IMG/VR virus record: IMGVR_UViG_3300034175_000062
Location: 1 to 64,000 of that record
Source of the DNA: a virus
Reading direction: 5' to 3' (one strand)
Length of the DNA: 64,000 nucleotides
Shown here: piece after piece, positions 1-9,373 of the stretch
Position numbering within the stretch: the first letter of the stretch is position 1
Layout of the letters: each line of letters opens with the position of its first letter
Translations under genes and position numbers: made by a program
Notes under the pieces: model-generated
What the model saw: only the letters and a program-made list of their open reading frames with translations
What the model was told of the DNA's origin: nothing
Database searches by the model: none

Positions 1-203
1 GTGTTAGAATAGGTTACCGTAACTGTGTTAGCGATAGTAACAGGAACCGGAGCCATGACAATAACAGGCTGTGGATTCGTGTTGCTGTATGGAATACCAT
101 TAGCTGATGCTGGTACTTGAACTGCGACACGGAAGCCATCCGCGCGCGTGATATCAGCAAATGAATAGGTGTTCTGCGTTGCGTCTCTAATGTTATAAGA
201 CAT
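1..203 (-). CDS. 5' part of a hypothetical protein (MSYNIRDATQNTYSFADITRADGFRV...), runs off the window
   Basis: Read manually: ATG at 203 preceded by AAAGGA RBS, open to the window edge, same strand as the head genes. Confidence 0.7.
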   Translation of the reverse strand, partial: MSYNIRDATQNTYSFADITRADGFRVAVQVPASANGIPYSNTNPQPVIVMAPVPVTIANTVTVTYSN

Positions 204-213
204 TTGTTATCCT

Positions 214-423
214 TTAAAGTGCTGAAACTTTAGCTGCGTTCTCGGCTTCCCTACGGTCGGTGTACTTGCCACCCTTGCGTTGGAAAGATTTCTTACCACT
301 ATTCCAAGAGAATCGACCATAGAACTTACGGTCGATCTTCCTGATGTAGAACTTCTTTCTTTTGGCGTCGGCTCCGCCTGTGTCGAATGATTCTGATAGA
401 ATTTCACACAGACGTTTTGCCAT
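214..423 (-). CDS. small basic protein, gp68-like position (prohead core)
   Basis: 69 aa, coupled to the upstream ORF; synteny after portal. Confidence 0.5.
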   Translation of the reverse strand: MAKRLCEILSESFDTGGADAKRKKFYIRKIDRKFYGRFSWNSGKKSFQRKGGKYTDRREAENAAKVSAL

Positions 424-671
424 TATGCCTCTTCTTCTTCCTCTTCAGCTGCGGCCTCTGGCTCTTCAGCTGGTGTTTCTACTTGTTCTTCTTCGGCTGC
501 AGCATGCACATCTTGTGCCTGGGCGAAGAAGCTTTGAGCAACTTCTTCACGCTTCGCTTCAACTCGTGCCGTTACCTTAGCTCCAAGAACGTCTAGTACG
601 GCGTCCTCAAACTCTACAGGCTTAGCATTCAGTGCGAAAGCGACTGCGTCCTTCGATTCATATTTATCCAT
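423..671 (-). CDS. acidic prohead core protein, gp67-like
   Basis: 82 aa, Glu-rich tail, directly downstream of portal as in T4-like phages. Confidence 0.65.
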   Translation of the reverse strand: MDKYESKDAVAFALNAKPVEFEDAVLDVLGAKVTARVEAKREEVAQSFFAQAQDVHAAAEEEQVETPAEEPEAAAEEEEEEA

Positions 672-2260
672 TACTTCGTATCCTCATTCGGCATTTCTGG
701 TAGTTCTGGTTGATCAGCCATTCCTTCGTGGTCTGGATCCAGAACACCTCTGTTGTATTGTGGGTTAAGTAGCTCATCAGCGATCTGCATGTCGATCTCC
801 TCGATCTCCTCATCATCCTGTCGTAGAATGTTCTTACGGATCCACTGATCCGAGAAGTAGATACCACGATAAGGGAAGACTGCCTCAAGTACACCGAGAC
901 GGTTATTGATGACTTCACTCTCCTTCAGCTCAGAGAAGTAGTTATCTCGAGCGAATTTGAAGGTGATTCCGTCCTTGATAACCAGCCAATCATCATAGGT
1001 TGCAATACCCTTTAGAATGATCTGCTTCTCAAGTACATGTAGGAATAGACGTGAGAACTTAGTACGCAGACGGTCGATGAACTTAGCGAACTTGATCTCG
1101 TCACGAGAGATTTGAGTAGCACGACCTAGATCGAACATTGCCTCAGAGTCTAGACGAGTAACAGGAACGTTGAGTGAACGGTATAGCTGCTTCTGGAAGT
1201 AAAGGACGTCATCCATCTCGCCAAGGTTCTGGCCGCCTGGAAGAGTCGTCACTTCAGTACCACGACCACCTTCACGACGAGGTAGCCAGAAGTCTTCTAG
1301 CATCGTCATGTACTTGCGATCATCACGGATCTCGCCCGAGCCGGCATCATAGACAAGACGATTCTTATGCTTCGTCATGATGTCTTTTAGATACTGCTCA
1401 CCCTTCATCTTCGGAAGGTTGCCGATGTCCACATACCAGATACGACGTTCTGGGGCGCGTGATAGACGGTAGATGATGGCTGCGTTTTCTAGAGTACGTA
1501 GCTGGTTGCACTCACGGATACACTTCTGCATGTGAGATAGAACCATCGTACCATTTGGATCAGTCAGACCTGAGCTTACAAGAACGATAGAGTCGCGAGC
1601 AATCTTCAGACCATTTTGGTTAGATACTGCAACTCCAGGAGTCTGAGACTTAGTCGCAAAACCCTGCTCATTGTAGACGTAGTACTCACTGACAGTCTTA
1701 GTAACTGCCGCATCTGACGGCATACCTGGACGACCAACAATTGGAGTCTTCTTGACTTCGCGTACTTTACGGACCTTACGAGGATCCAGATAGCGGAGCT
1801 CTTTAATTCCCAGCTTCGGATCTTCTACGATTACGTGATAGTAAAGACGGCCATCGATATACCAACGACGGAATACATCGTATGGATTGTGCTTGAACTC
1901 AAGTAGTCGGAGGACCGTCTTGAACTCTTCTGCTAGGGCTTTCTTTACTTTGTCGCTTGCCACGACATCATCTAGTACGATATCAACCACGTCCTGGTCG
2001 TCGTCTAGGGTAATAGCTTCATTGACGATCTCGTCGACAGCAGAATCTACTTCTGGCTGCTGAGCTACTTCGCGATACTTACTGATCAGATCAGCTTCAT
2101 TACGTACAGTGCCATCGAGATCGATGGCAGTTCCATAAGATCCACCGGTCGCCGTGGATGTAACAGTGACGGCACCATCGTCGTTAACTTGGGGTGCGAA
2201 TGAGACAGCCTCGTTGTCGAGCTGTGTCTTCCTCTTGAATTCGAAGCCAAATAGCTGCAT
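671..2260 (-). CDS. gp20: portal vertex protein (T4 gp20)
   Basis: Motifs WYIDGRLYYH, IYRLSRAPERRIWYVDIGNLPK, MLEDFWLPRREGGRGTEVTTLPGGQNLG. Confidence 0.98.
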   Translation of the reverse strand: MQLFGFEFKRKTQLDNEAVSFAPQVNDDGAVTVTSTATGGSYGTAIDLDGTVRNEADLISKYREVAQQPEVDSAVDEIVNEAITLDDDQDVVDIVLDDVVASDKVKKALAEEFKTVLRLLEFKHNPYDVFRRWYIDGRLYYHVIVEDPKLGIKELRYLDPRKVRKVREVKKTPIVGRPGMPSDAAVTKTVSEYYVYNEQGFATKSQTPGVAVSNQNGLKIARDSIVLVSSGLTDPNGTMVLSHMQKCIRECNQLRTLENAAIIYRLSRAPERRIWYVDIGNLPKMKGEQYLKDIMTKHKNRLVYDAGSGEIRDDRKYMTMLEDFWLPRREGGRGTEVTTLPGGQNLGEMDDVLYFQKQLYRSLNVPVTRLDSEAMFDLGRATQISRDEIKFAKFIDRLRTKFSRLFLHVLEKQIILKGIATYDDWLVIKDGITFKFARDNYFSELKESEVINNRLGVLEAVFPYRGIYFSDQWIRKNILRQDDEEIEEIDMQIADELLNPQYNRGVLDPDHEGMADQPELPEMPNEDTK

Positions 2261-2276
2261 TAGTGTCTCCAGGGCA

Positions 2277-2303
2277 ATGAGAGGGGCTTTTGGCCCCTCT
2301 CAT
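2277..2303 (-). terminator. 11-bp hairpin between gp19 and gp20
   Basis: ATGAGAGGGGC-ttttg-GCCCCTCTCAT. Confidence 0.6.
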
Positions 2304-2335
2304 CTAATCATAAAAGTGACCTTCGGATCTATTTA

Positions 2336-2881
2336 TTAGAGTCCGAAGAAGCTACCAGTTGACTCTAGATCCCACCAATCGAATGCGAAGGTGCAGTCGA
2401 AGGTCTCGATCTGGTTCTTATTGTCCCAGCTCAGCTCGATAGGACCAACGTTGGTTGGGAAGATGCCGACCATCTCATACTTACGTAGGACGTCGCCTTC
2501 CTTACCGAACTGAGTGATGACTGCATTCTTCTTGTAGTCACGATCAGTACGTAGGTTCTCTACCATTGAGTTCTGGTACGTTGACCAACGCTCAAGCATA
2601 TCACGAACTGCGAAGTCTTCATCATTCATGATGTTGACGTTCCAGTCTGGGAATGTACGGTCGCCGGATACCTTGATATCACGACCGAAGTAACCAACAG
2701 GAATCGACTCGACGATAGCTGGTGGAAGTTGGGTTGCACGGCACATGAACTTGAACTTTTCAATAGCGACGCCCGAAGCAGTTCCTGCAGGTGGATTGTT
2801 GATTTCCACCTGGAAGAGCGTAGGACGAGCACCATGGAAAGTCAGACCACGTGACTTAAAGTCTTGCACGTTAAATGCCAT
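2336..2881 (-). CDS. gp19: tail tube protein (gp19)
   Basis: ARPTLFQV, GRDIKVSGDRTFPDW, FPTNVGPIELSW motifs; synteny. Confidence 0.95.
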   Translation of the reverse strand: MAFNVQDFKSRGLTFHGARPTLFQVEINNPPAGTASGVAIEKFKFMCRATQLPPAIVESIPVGYFGRDIKVSGDRTFPDWNVNIMNDEDFAVRDMLERWSTYQNSMVENLRTDRDYKKNAVITQFGKEGDVLRKYEMVGIFPTNVGPIELSWDNKNQIETFDCTFAFDWWDLESTGSFFGL

Positions 2882-2905
2882 TGGTTTTCTCCTCTATACT
2901 ACTTA

Positions 2906-4933
2906 TTAGAACTGGCCGACGATCTCATTAAACTGAACACCGCTACGAACCGCAACGAAGTTAAGCTGAATGTTATTGATTGCCCTGTTTGGCTTGACGT
3001 AGATATCACCAACGAAGCTCTCTGAATCGATTACTTCAGCAGTGTTATTGGTAGCGTCGCAAACCACTAGGAAGTCCGTTACACCACGACGGCCCTGGAT
3101 ATCACGAAGATATGGAACGATCTTGCTGCGGAACTGTGCACGGGTGAAGTCATCATTGAACTCGAATAGTAGGCTCTTGCTGTAGTTAGCGATTGCCTTC
3201 TCGATCGTGATGAATAGACGACGTACGTTGATGTGCGCGAACGGTGAAGCCTTACGCAGTAGCGTCTTATCGCCGAACAGGATAGTACCTGAACCTGGCT
3301 GGACGATTACTGGGTTGATCGAGTGCTTGTAAAGGATGTCACGCTGAGCCTTGTTTGGGCTATACGCAAGCTTTACAGCATTCTTGATCTGTCCACGGTT
3401 CTGACCCGCTGGTGACCACCATGAGTCATTCGTGTGATCAGTACGGACACAGAGTCCAGCGATATCACCGTTTAGTGGGATCCAACGATAGATATCATTG
3501 TACTTGTCGTACATGTACTTGTAGCCTGAGTCCATGAAAGCGTATGAGCTTGCACGTACTAGGTTAGCGAACTCTACAGCAGCATCTACTTCACGTCCAA
3601 TGTTGCCAACCACAGCCTCCTTAGGAGGTGAGATGAAGCTCATGCAGTCCTTACGAACTTCAGTGATATTGTCGATGATGTAGTTGGTTAGAGTTGCATA
3701 GTCCGAAAGACGAGCCTTACCGCTTAGGATTAGACTTACGTCGATGTCCTCTGCGTTCTTAAAGATGTCGTAACCCTGTGCTAGGTTAGCAAGAGCGATA
3801 ACATCCTCGCCGTCACCATCAGTACCACCAGCCATACGGACACTTAGTGGGGCGTCGGTTGAAGGAGTAACAATAGTGTTAGCATTTGCGGCAGGAGCAC
3901 CGTCACGGTCAGAAGCAACCCAGACATACTGTGAGTCTGCGTTGATGACGGTACGGAAGTGGTTGGTTGAGTTATCAGCAGTCTTAGCACCACGAACACG
4001 AGACAGACCGAAGAAGGTCTCAAGAACAGTACCAGGAGTGCCGGTGAACTTACCAGCATCGTCGACGACTACAGCGTGAACTTCATCAACTGCAGCAGTG
4101 TTACCAAACGCAGCATTGTACGTTGAGATACCAGGAGCTGCGTCTACTAGGTCATGGAATTCCCAGTAACGGCTGATTGAGTCCGACTGCCAGTTAACAT
4201 ATAGACGATATGGAGTCGCGAAGGTAACATTGAATGACGCGATGGTTGAGTTTGAGGTAACTGGGCTGATTGCAGCAACCTTGAGGAACTGAGTTCCAAC
4301 AGTGTTGTTACCAACCTTGATGTTATCACCAACCTGTAGAGCACCACGGACAGCGAATGCCTGAGTGTTAGCAGTTAGCTGAGTGCCCGAACCGGTGAAA
4401 CCGACTGAGACAGTTGCAACGCTGCTGCCGACATTAACTGAGAAGTTAGAAGTCGTAGCAATGTCTACACCATTGACGATTGGAAGCGCCTTGAAGTAAG
4501 CATTTGGACTATCACATACAGATACACGTAGTGAGTTACCGAGATCTCCAGCATACCTAGCAACGTAACCTACGTTAGCACTGAAGGTCTTAGATGCATA
4601 TGCATCCGAGTTTAGAACAGTTTGACTATTTGCATCGGGAGCAACAGAACCTGGGAAGACAGCCATAGCTGACACACCGTTACTTACACGAACCACATGG
4701 AGTGAGTCGGCGTAAGATAGGAAGCTCGACGCGACGAACCAAGTTTCAGCGTTTAGGCTGCTTGGCTTTCCGGTCTTTGCGACTAGTTCTGGCTCAGACG
4801 TAACAAGAAACCTCTGACCAACCGGGCCCCAACGGAAGACACCAGCGATTGCTGCTTCTGTTGAAGAAACTGCTGGTACTCCAGTTGCCAGATCAATTTC
4901 AGAGATATTAACGCCTGGACTTACTTGAAACAT
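2906..4933 (-). CDS. gp18: tail sheath protein (gp18)
   Basis: SPGVNISEIDL, FRWGP, WWSPAGQNRG, INVRRLF, FEFND motifs. Confidence 0.97.
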   Translation of the reverse strand: MFQVSPGVNISEIDLATGVPAVSSTEAAIAGVFRWGPVGQRFLVTSEPELVAKTGKPSSLNAETWFVASSFLSYADSLHVVRVSNGVSAMAVFPGSVAPDANSQTVLNSDAYASKTFSANVGYVARYAGDLGNSLRVSVCDSPNAYFKALPIVNGVDIATTSNFSVNVGSSVATVSVGFTGSGTQLTANTQAFAVRGALQVGDNIKVGNNTVGTQFLKVAAISPVTSNSTIASFNVTFATPYRLYVNWQSDSISRYWEFHDLVDAAPGISTYNAAFGNTAAVDEVHAVVVDDAGKFTGTPGTVLETFFGLSRVRGAKTADNSTNHFRTVINADSQYVWVASDRDGAPAANANTIVTPSTDAPLSVRMAGGTDGDGEDVIALANLAQGYDIFKNAEDIDVSLILSGKARLSDYATLTNYIIDNITEVRKDCMSFISPPKEAVVGNIGREVDAAVEFANLVRASSYAFMDSGYKYMYDKYNDIYRWIPLNGDIAGLCVRTDHTNDSWWSPAGQNRGQIKNAVKLAYSPNKAQRDILYKHSINPVIVQPGSGTILFGDKTLLRKASPFAHINVRRLFITIEKAIANYSKSLLFEFNDDFTRAQFRSKIVPYLRDIQGRRGVTDFLVVCDATNNTAEVIDSESFVGDIYVKPNRAINNIQLNFVAVRSGVQFNEIVGQF

Positions 4934-4989
4934 TGGATTCTCCTTTCGTCCAAATTATATGCTTTCCTTTATTTATTCGATGCCGAACC

Positions 4990-6639
4990 TTACCAACTAC
5001 CCATCCAGTTCCATCCAGCAGGCGCTTGCTCTTCATCTTGCTCACCCTGGCCATCGACTAGGAATCCGAACGGAGTTAGATCTTCTTCTAGCTCAGCGTC
5101 AGTCTTTTCCCTCAATCGGATCAATGTGTTAATGTCAGTCAGCTCTTTGAAGAACGTCTGGTTAGTCATCCAAGCAAAGAATACGAGACCCATAACAAGA
5201 TCGTCGTGCTTACCTGGTTCGGCCTGATATCCATTGCCTTTACGGGAGAAGGTTGATAATTCATGGATAGTTTCAAAGTCGTGGACCACTAATTGCTGTT
5301 GCTCTATCAATAGCTTAAGCATCGCACAGCCCGCAGCTTTTAGGGGATTAGTAGTCCTAATGCCCATGTCTATGCCTTTTCCACCAAAACCTCCACAGAT
5401 TCTCTTTCCTGCTCGGCCGGCGTTCTCGGTGAATAGAACACCCTCATATTCATACTCATCGTACAGAATACGCGATACTTCTTCACCAATATCGTTAAGT
5501 TCTACCAGGACGACAGAATTATTATACGTCTGTAGAATTGGCAGAAGCATCTTAGCATAGTCAGATGGCGAGACCAGGTTGTTCCTGAACGTGACCGCCT
5601 GTTGATATGGCATCTTGGTTACATCGATGATACTGAAAGCTGAGTAGTCGAGTCCCTTACCACGAGATACGTCAACCAGAGTAACATAGACATGACCTTC
5701 GACGGGCTCCATGTACTTATTGAGACCCTGCGACGTATAGATCGGAATCTGATGGACTAGATTCTTTAGCGCCTGACCATTGATGAGAGTGTTCGAGCTA
5801 CCGAGGAACTCAACGTTATACTCCTGGTTGAACTTCTCTTCATCGTTACCCATACCCTCGATGACAGCTTTACGCCAAGCTTCATCACGACCGGGAACCT
5901 GAGTCCAGATGACCTTGATCGGGTTGTAGCTATTACGACCAGTGTTAGCTTCAGCCCAGAGTTTATGGAAGTGGTTCAGTCCATTAGGCGTAGAAACTAG
6001 TACGACCTTTGTCGTCTTACCAGATGAAATGGTTGGGAAGACCGATGTAAAGAACTCATCCCAGTTCTCGATGAACGCTGCCTCATCGATGAATAGTAGG
6101 TTGATGGTATAACCACGAATGTTATCGCTTGAAGTCGAACCAGCTAGAACACGTGATCCGTTCTCTAGTAGGATGGTTCCCTTGTTCTTCTCGACGATAC
6201 CCTGTTGCAGCCACTTCGGCAGATACTGATAAGCCAGCTGGACTTTGTTCAGAATCTCTCGAGCGGTATCACCCTTGTTGGCTAGTAGAGCTACTGTCTT
6301 CTCAGGAGTAAACAGAACATACCACAGGATGAACGCACAGGTAGTAGTCGACTTACCAGCCTGACGAGCAGTGGTAATGATCGACATACGATTCTCTACC
6401 ATCGAGCGGACCATGTCCTTCTGGTAGTCGTAGAGTTTGAAGTTAACGAGACCATCATCGACGTTGACGATCTTCATGTAGGTCTCAATGAAGTAGATCG
6501 GATCCTGTGAACACTTCAGGTATTCACTCATACGCTCTGGAGTCCAGTCTACCGACTCTCCTTCACGCTTTAGGTTAGGGTTGCCGAGATAACCCTTACT
6601 GATCTCGATGTCTTCTACTAGATTATCCGGTTTGCTCAT
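4990..6639 (-). CDS. gp17: terminase large subunit (gp17)
   Basis: YLGNPNLK, RQAGKST Walker A, FIDEAAF Walker B, STPNG, HDDLVM. Confidence 0.98.
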   Translation of the reverse strand: MSKPDNLVEDIEISKGYLGNPNLKREGESVDWTPERMSEYLKCSQDPIYFIETYMKIVNVDDGLVNFKLYDYQKDMVRSMVENRMSIITTARQAGKSTTTCAFILWYVLFTPEKTVALLANKGDTAREILNKVQLAYQYLPKWLQQGIVEKNKGTILLENGSRVLAGSTSSDNIRGYTINLLFIDEAAFIENWDEFFTSVFPTISSGKTTKVVLVSTPNGLNHFHKLWAEANTGRNSYNPIKVIWTQVPGRDEAWRKAVIEGMGNDEEKFNQEYNVEFLGSSNTLINGQALKNLVHQIPIYTSQGLNKYMEPVEGHVYVTLVDVSRGKGLDYSAFSIIDVTKMPYQQAVTFRNNLVSPSDYAKMLLPILQTYNNSVVLVELNDIGEEVSRILYDEYEYEGVLFTENAGRAGKRICGGFGGKGIDMGIRTTNPLKAAGCAMLKLLIEQQQLVVHDFETIHELSTFSRKGNGYQAEPGKHDDLVMGLVFFAWMTNQTFFKELTDINTLIRLREKTDAELEEDLTPFGFLVDGQGEQDEEQAPAGWNWMGSW

Positions 6640-7078
6640 CGTTCTTCTTATTCATATCGATCAGCATCCTCTGCAGTTCAGCTGTTGATCCTACAAATAG
6701 ATTGTTCTGTACGGAGCCTGGAACTCGTGGTGTAGTTGTCTTCTGATCTTTTGGTTGTAGTTCTTGCTTCTTCTTGTGAAGAGCTACGAAGTCATTATTG
6801 AGATCTGCACTCGTCTTCAGAAGGTTTGCAACAACTTCAAAGGCACGAGGATGCTGAGACTGCTTAGCAATTACTAGCAGCTCAGCAATAGCCTCATCGC
6901 TCTGCGCGATCAGATTGACCATGTTATCACGAGCGAATGCGATATCCTTATCGATCTCTTCGCTGTTAGTCTGCACGATCTCTTGATCTGGTTCGTATGG
7001 AGTGACAGCATTAATGTCGTCTCCACTCGATGTTAGGTTCATGCCTAACGCTTTTCTGATGATATCATCGCTCATCAT
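6623..7078 (-). CDS. gp16: terminase small subunit (gp16)
   Basis: HPRAFEV and NNLFVGSTAELQ motifs; upstream of gp17. Confidence 0.9.
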   Translation of the reverse strand: MMSDDIIRKALGMNLTSSGDDINAVTPYEPDQEIVQTNSEEIDKDIAFARDNMVNLIAQSDEAIAELLVIAKQSQHPRAFEVVANLLKTSADLNNDFVALHKKKQELQPKDQKTTTPRVPGSVQNNLFVGSTAELQRMLIDMNKKNDEQTG

Positions 7079-7868
7079 TTGGTCCTAGAATTGATACGAT
7101 ATAGCCAAAGTCCGTATTGGCTTCAATTTCCGTATACGGAATCGTATCTGAAAGATGGGTTGTTGGGTCACCGTTAGCCGTTAGGCCTGGCTGCACTCGG
7201 ACAGTATCAAACTCTGTATTACCATAGCTCTCGTCATAGAGGTTTACATTCACCCTCTTGATGATGCCACCGGTATCTGCTCCGGCAATAGGACCTGCAA
7301 ACTGAACCTTCATAGTGAAGTTCAGAGTCCAGATCAGCTTACGCCTATTCTCTTCAACACCCCAGGAGTCATTATCGAACTGGACGTTGTTTAGAACGAT
7401 CGGAATGTTAAGCTCATATCCCATCTCAGGAACTAGCTTAGATACGACGGTTAGAGCTGGAGAGAAGTATGGAAGGATGTTCTCGAGAACACGAAGACCA
7501 TCTTCCTCTTGATCAGCATAGATGAACAGCTGGAAGTCAATGTTGTATGGTACACCAACAAACTGTGACTTGTTCTCGTATCGACGAGTAAGTGTAGCCT
7601 GAACAGCACGCTCAGAATCGTATCGCGGAGAACCAGCTAGGAATGACATCGCCGGACTGACAGCAGCAACCTTTCGGTTTAGCTCAGAATCGCTATTCAC
7701 ACGAGCGAGTAACTTATCTTGAGAACCATAGATGATAGGAACTTTGACCGACTTAGTCTTAGTTCCCTCTTCTTCGTAGATTCTGCTGATGGTGATATCG
7801 TTAAAGAGCGTTCCAAAGATAGTCACGAACTTACGAGTTAGACCGAAGTAGTAGTTCTTACCAAACAT
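7065..7868 (-). CDS. gp15: tail sheath stabiliser/completion protein (gp15)
   Basis: FGTLFNDI, VKVPIIYG, ENILPYF motifs; synteny. Confidence 0.92.
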   Translation of the reverse strand: MFGKNYYFGLTRKFVTIFGTLFNDITISRIYEEEGTKTKSVKVPIIYGSQDKLLARVNSDSELNRKVAAVSPAMSFLAGSPRYDSERAVQATLTRRYENKSQFVGVPYNIDFQLFIYADQEEDGLRVLENILPYFSPALTVVSKLVPEMGYELNIPIVLNNVQFDNDSWGVEENRRKLIWTLNFTMKVQFAGPIAGADTGGIIKRVNVNLYDESYGNTEFDTVRVQPGLTANGDPTTHLSDTIPYTEIEANTDFGYIVSILGPNDER

Positions 7869-8524
7869 TATAGCCCTCCTCCCATGCTAAACGGATCTTT
7901 CTCGTCGAAGTCCAGAACCTCTGGAGTCTCGTCTTGGAACTCTTCCGTCTGGTCCATCCAATCCATCTCAACAGTCTGCTCGAGCTCATCCTGTCCAGTA
8001 GTGAACTGAGTCTCAATGTCATCGATCTCGGCGATACCGGTACGGAACAGCTGGCCGTTGTACTCAATAAGCTCACAAGTCAGATCATAAGTATTCAGCT
8101 TACCGAGCTGGTAGAACACAGCCTGGTGGTTAACATACTTGATCTCGTAGCACTTCTTATCGAGCGGAAGATATACTAGATCGCCCTCACGTGGACGTGG
8201 TAGATCTGGCAGCTGAGTTCCAAATGTCTTTTGAGCGACAGTGAAAGTGATCTGATCACGAATCTCCCAGCCGAGCTGTGCAGACATGAACTTACCGTCA
8301 CCCTGGAATCCGTCAACGCTCTTAACATAAGCCTCAAGTACGACGACACGCTCAAAGATAGACTGATCGCTCTCACGAAAGATCTCATCCATCGATGCGT
8401 TAGTACGTGGCAGATAAAATACGTTAAAACCGTAGATCTGAATGCTCTCGATAATGAGAGACTCGAGCAGATTCTGCTGTCCTGGATGTGTGTATTGATT
8501 AAAGTAGCCGTTGATAGCCATCAA
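7868..8524 (-). CDS. gp14: neck protein (gp14)
   Basis: LIIESIQIYG, YLPR, PREGDLVYLP, FYQLGK. Confidence 0.93.
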   Translation of the reverse strand: MMAINGYFNQYTHPGQQNLLESLIIESIQIYGFNVFYLPRTNASMDEIFRESDQSIFERVVVLEAYVKSVDGFQGDGKFMSAQLGWEIRDQITFTVAQKTFGTQLPDLPRPREGDLVYLPLDKKCYEIKYVNHQAVFYQLGKLNTYDLTCELIEYNGQLFRTGIAEIDDIETQFTTGQDELEQTVEMDWMDQTEEFQDETPEVLDFDEKDPFSMGGGL

Positions 8525-9268
8525 TTATCCAATCATATCAGTGACAGGCAGTGAGTAGCTGTTGATCATCTCATGCTCCATCGCCTTGATCTCTTCTTCA
8601 GCTTCGTCAAAGACTTGCTGGCCGTTAAATGTAGCACCACCTGGCATCTGCATGTTACCAAACTTCTTGAGGTTGTTACCCCACTGACGCTTGATAAGTG
8701 CAGTTGCATAACGGAGCAGCCAACGATCTGACCATGCGTCCTGATAGATGTCTGGATCTACGACTTGGTATGCTTCCACGACAAGATACTGGTTGACTTC
8801 TACGAGGTCCCAGTTCATATCGATGTTGAGCTTGTTCATGTGACGGTTGTAGCGAATAGGCTTCTCGCCGATCAGGATCTCCTGAAGGACGTTAAGGTTC
8901 TGGCGCATCATGTAGTAAGGAACGATATCCCAGCTACTGATCGCGAACATGTCATTCATAGCCATCTGGTACTGTACGTTAAACAGACCATCCTGTCCGC
9001 TAGCTAGGAAGCCGAGCTGGAACAGCTTTACTGCACCGATAATGTTCTCAGGCAGAATGATGTACTTGTTTTCTTTGTCTTCAGCTGAGATGATGTGCTT
9101 ATAGTAGATCTTCTCAGAACCATCAAAGTGGTAGTCCCAATAGTAACGCAGGGCTTCGTCCACACGATCATCGACCTGTGTGTCATCTACGTTGATCTCG
9201 ATAACAGGCTTACCGAGTGAGCGTAGGCAGTATTCTTTAAAGGCTGTACGATCTTGTGGCTTGGCCAT
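8525..9268 (-). CDS. gp13: neck protein (gp13)
   Basis: YCLRSLGKPVIEINV, YATALIKRQWGNNLKKF. Confidence 0.95.
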   Translation of the reverse strand: MAKPQDRTAFKEYCLRSLGKPVIEINVDDTQVDDRVDEALRYYWDYHFDGSEKIYYKHIISAEDKENKYIILPENIIGAVKLFQLGFLASGQDGLFNVQYQMAMNDMFAISSWDIVPYYMMRQNLNVLQEILIGEKPIRYNRHMNKLNIDMNWDLVEVNQYLVVEAYQVVDPDIYQDAWSDRWLLRYATALIKRQWGNNLKKFGNMQMPGGATFNGQQVFDEAEEEIKAMEHEMINSYSLPVTDMIG

Positions 9269-9319
9269 GGCAGTTCCCTTTATCGTATTTAGTCATACGG
9301 ATATTTAGTCACTTTTACC

Positions 9320-9348
9320 TTGACAATATATAGCTTTGATGATATAAG
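9320..9348 (+). promoter_or_regulatory. sigma70-type promoter for the glycosyltransferase gene
   Basis: TTGACA-N17-TATAAG, then AAGGA RBS before ATG 9374. Confidence 0.75.
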
Positions 9349-9373
9349 AGCTATAGCTTAAATAAGGACATAT

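Noticed and set aside
671-6639. Introns, inteins or homing endonucleases in portal, sheath or terminase
   Set aside because: ORFs are continuous and of normal size; no intein or HNH/GIY-YIG motifs seen
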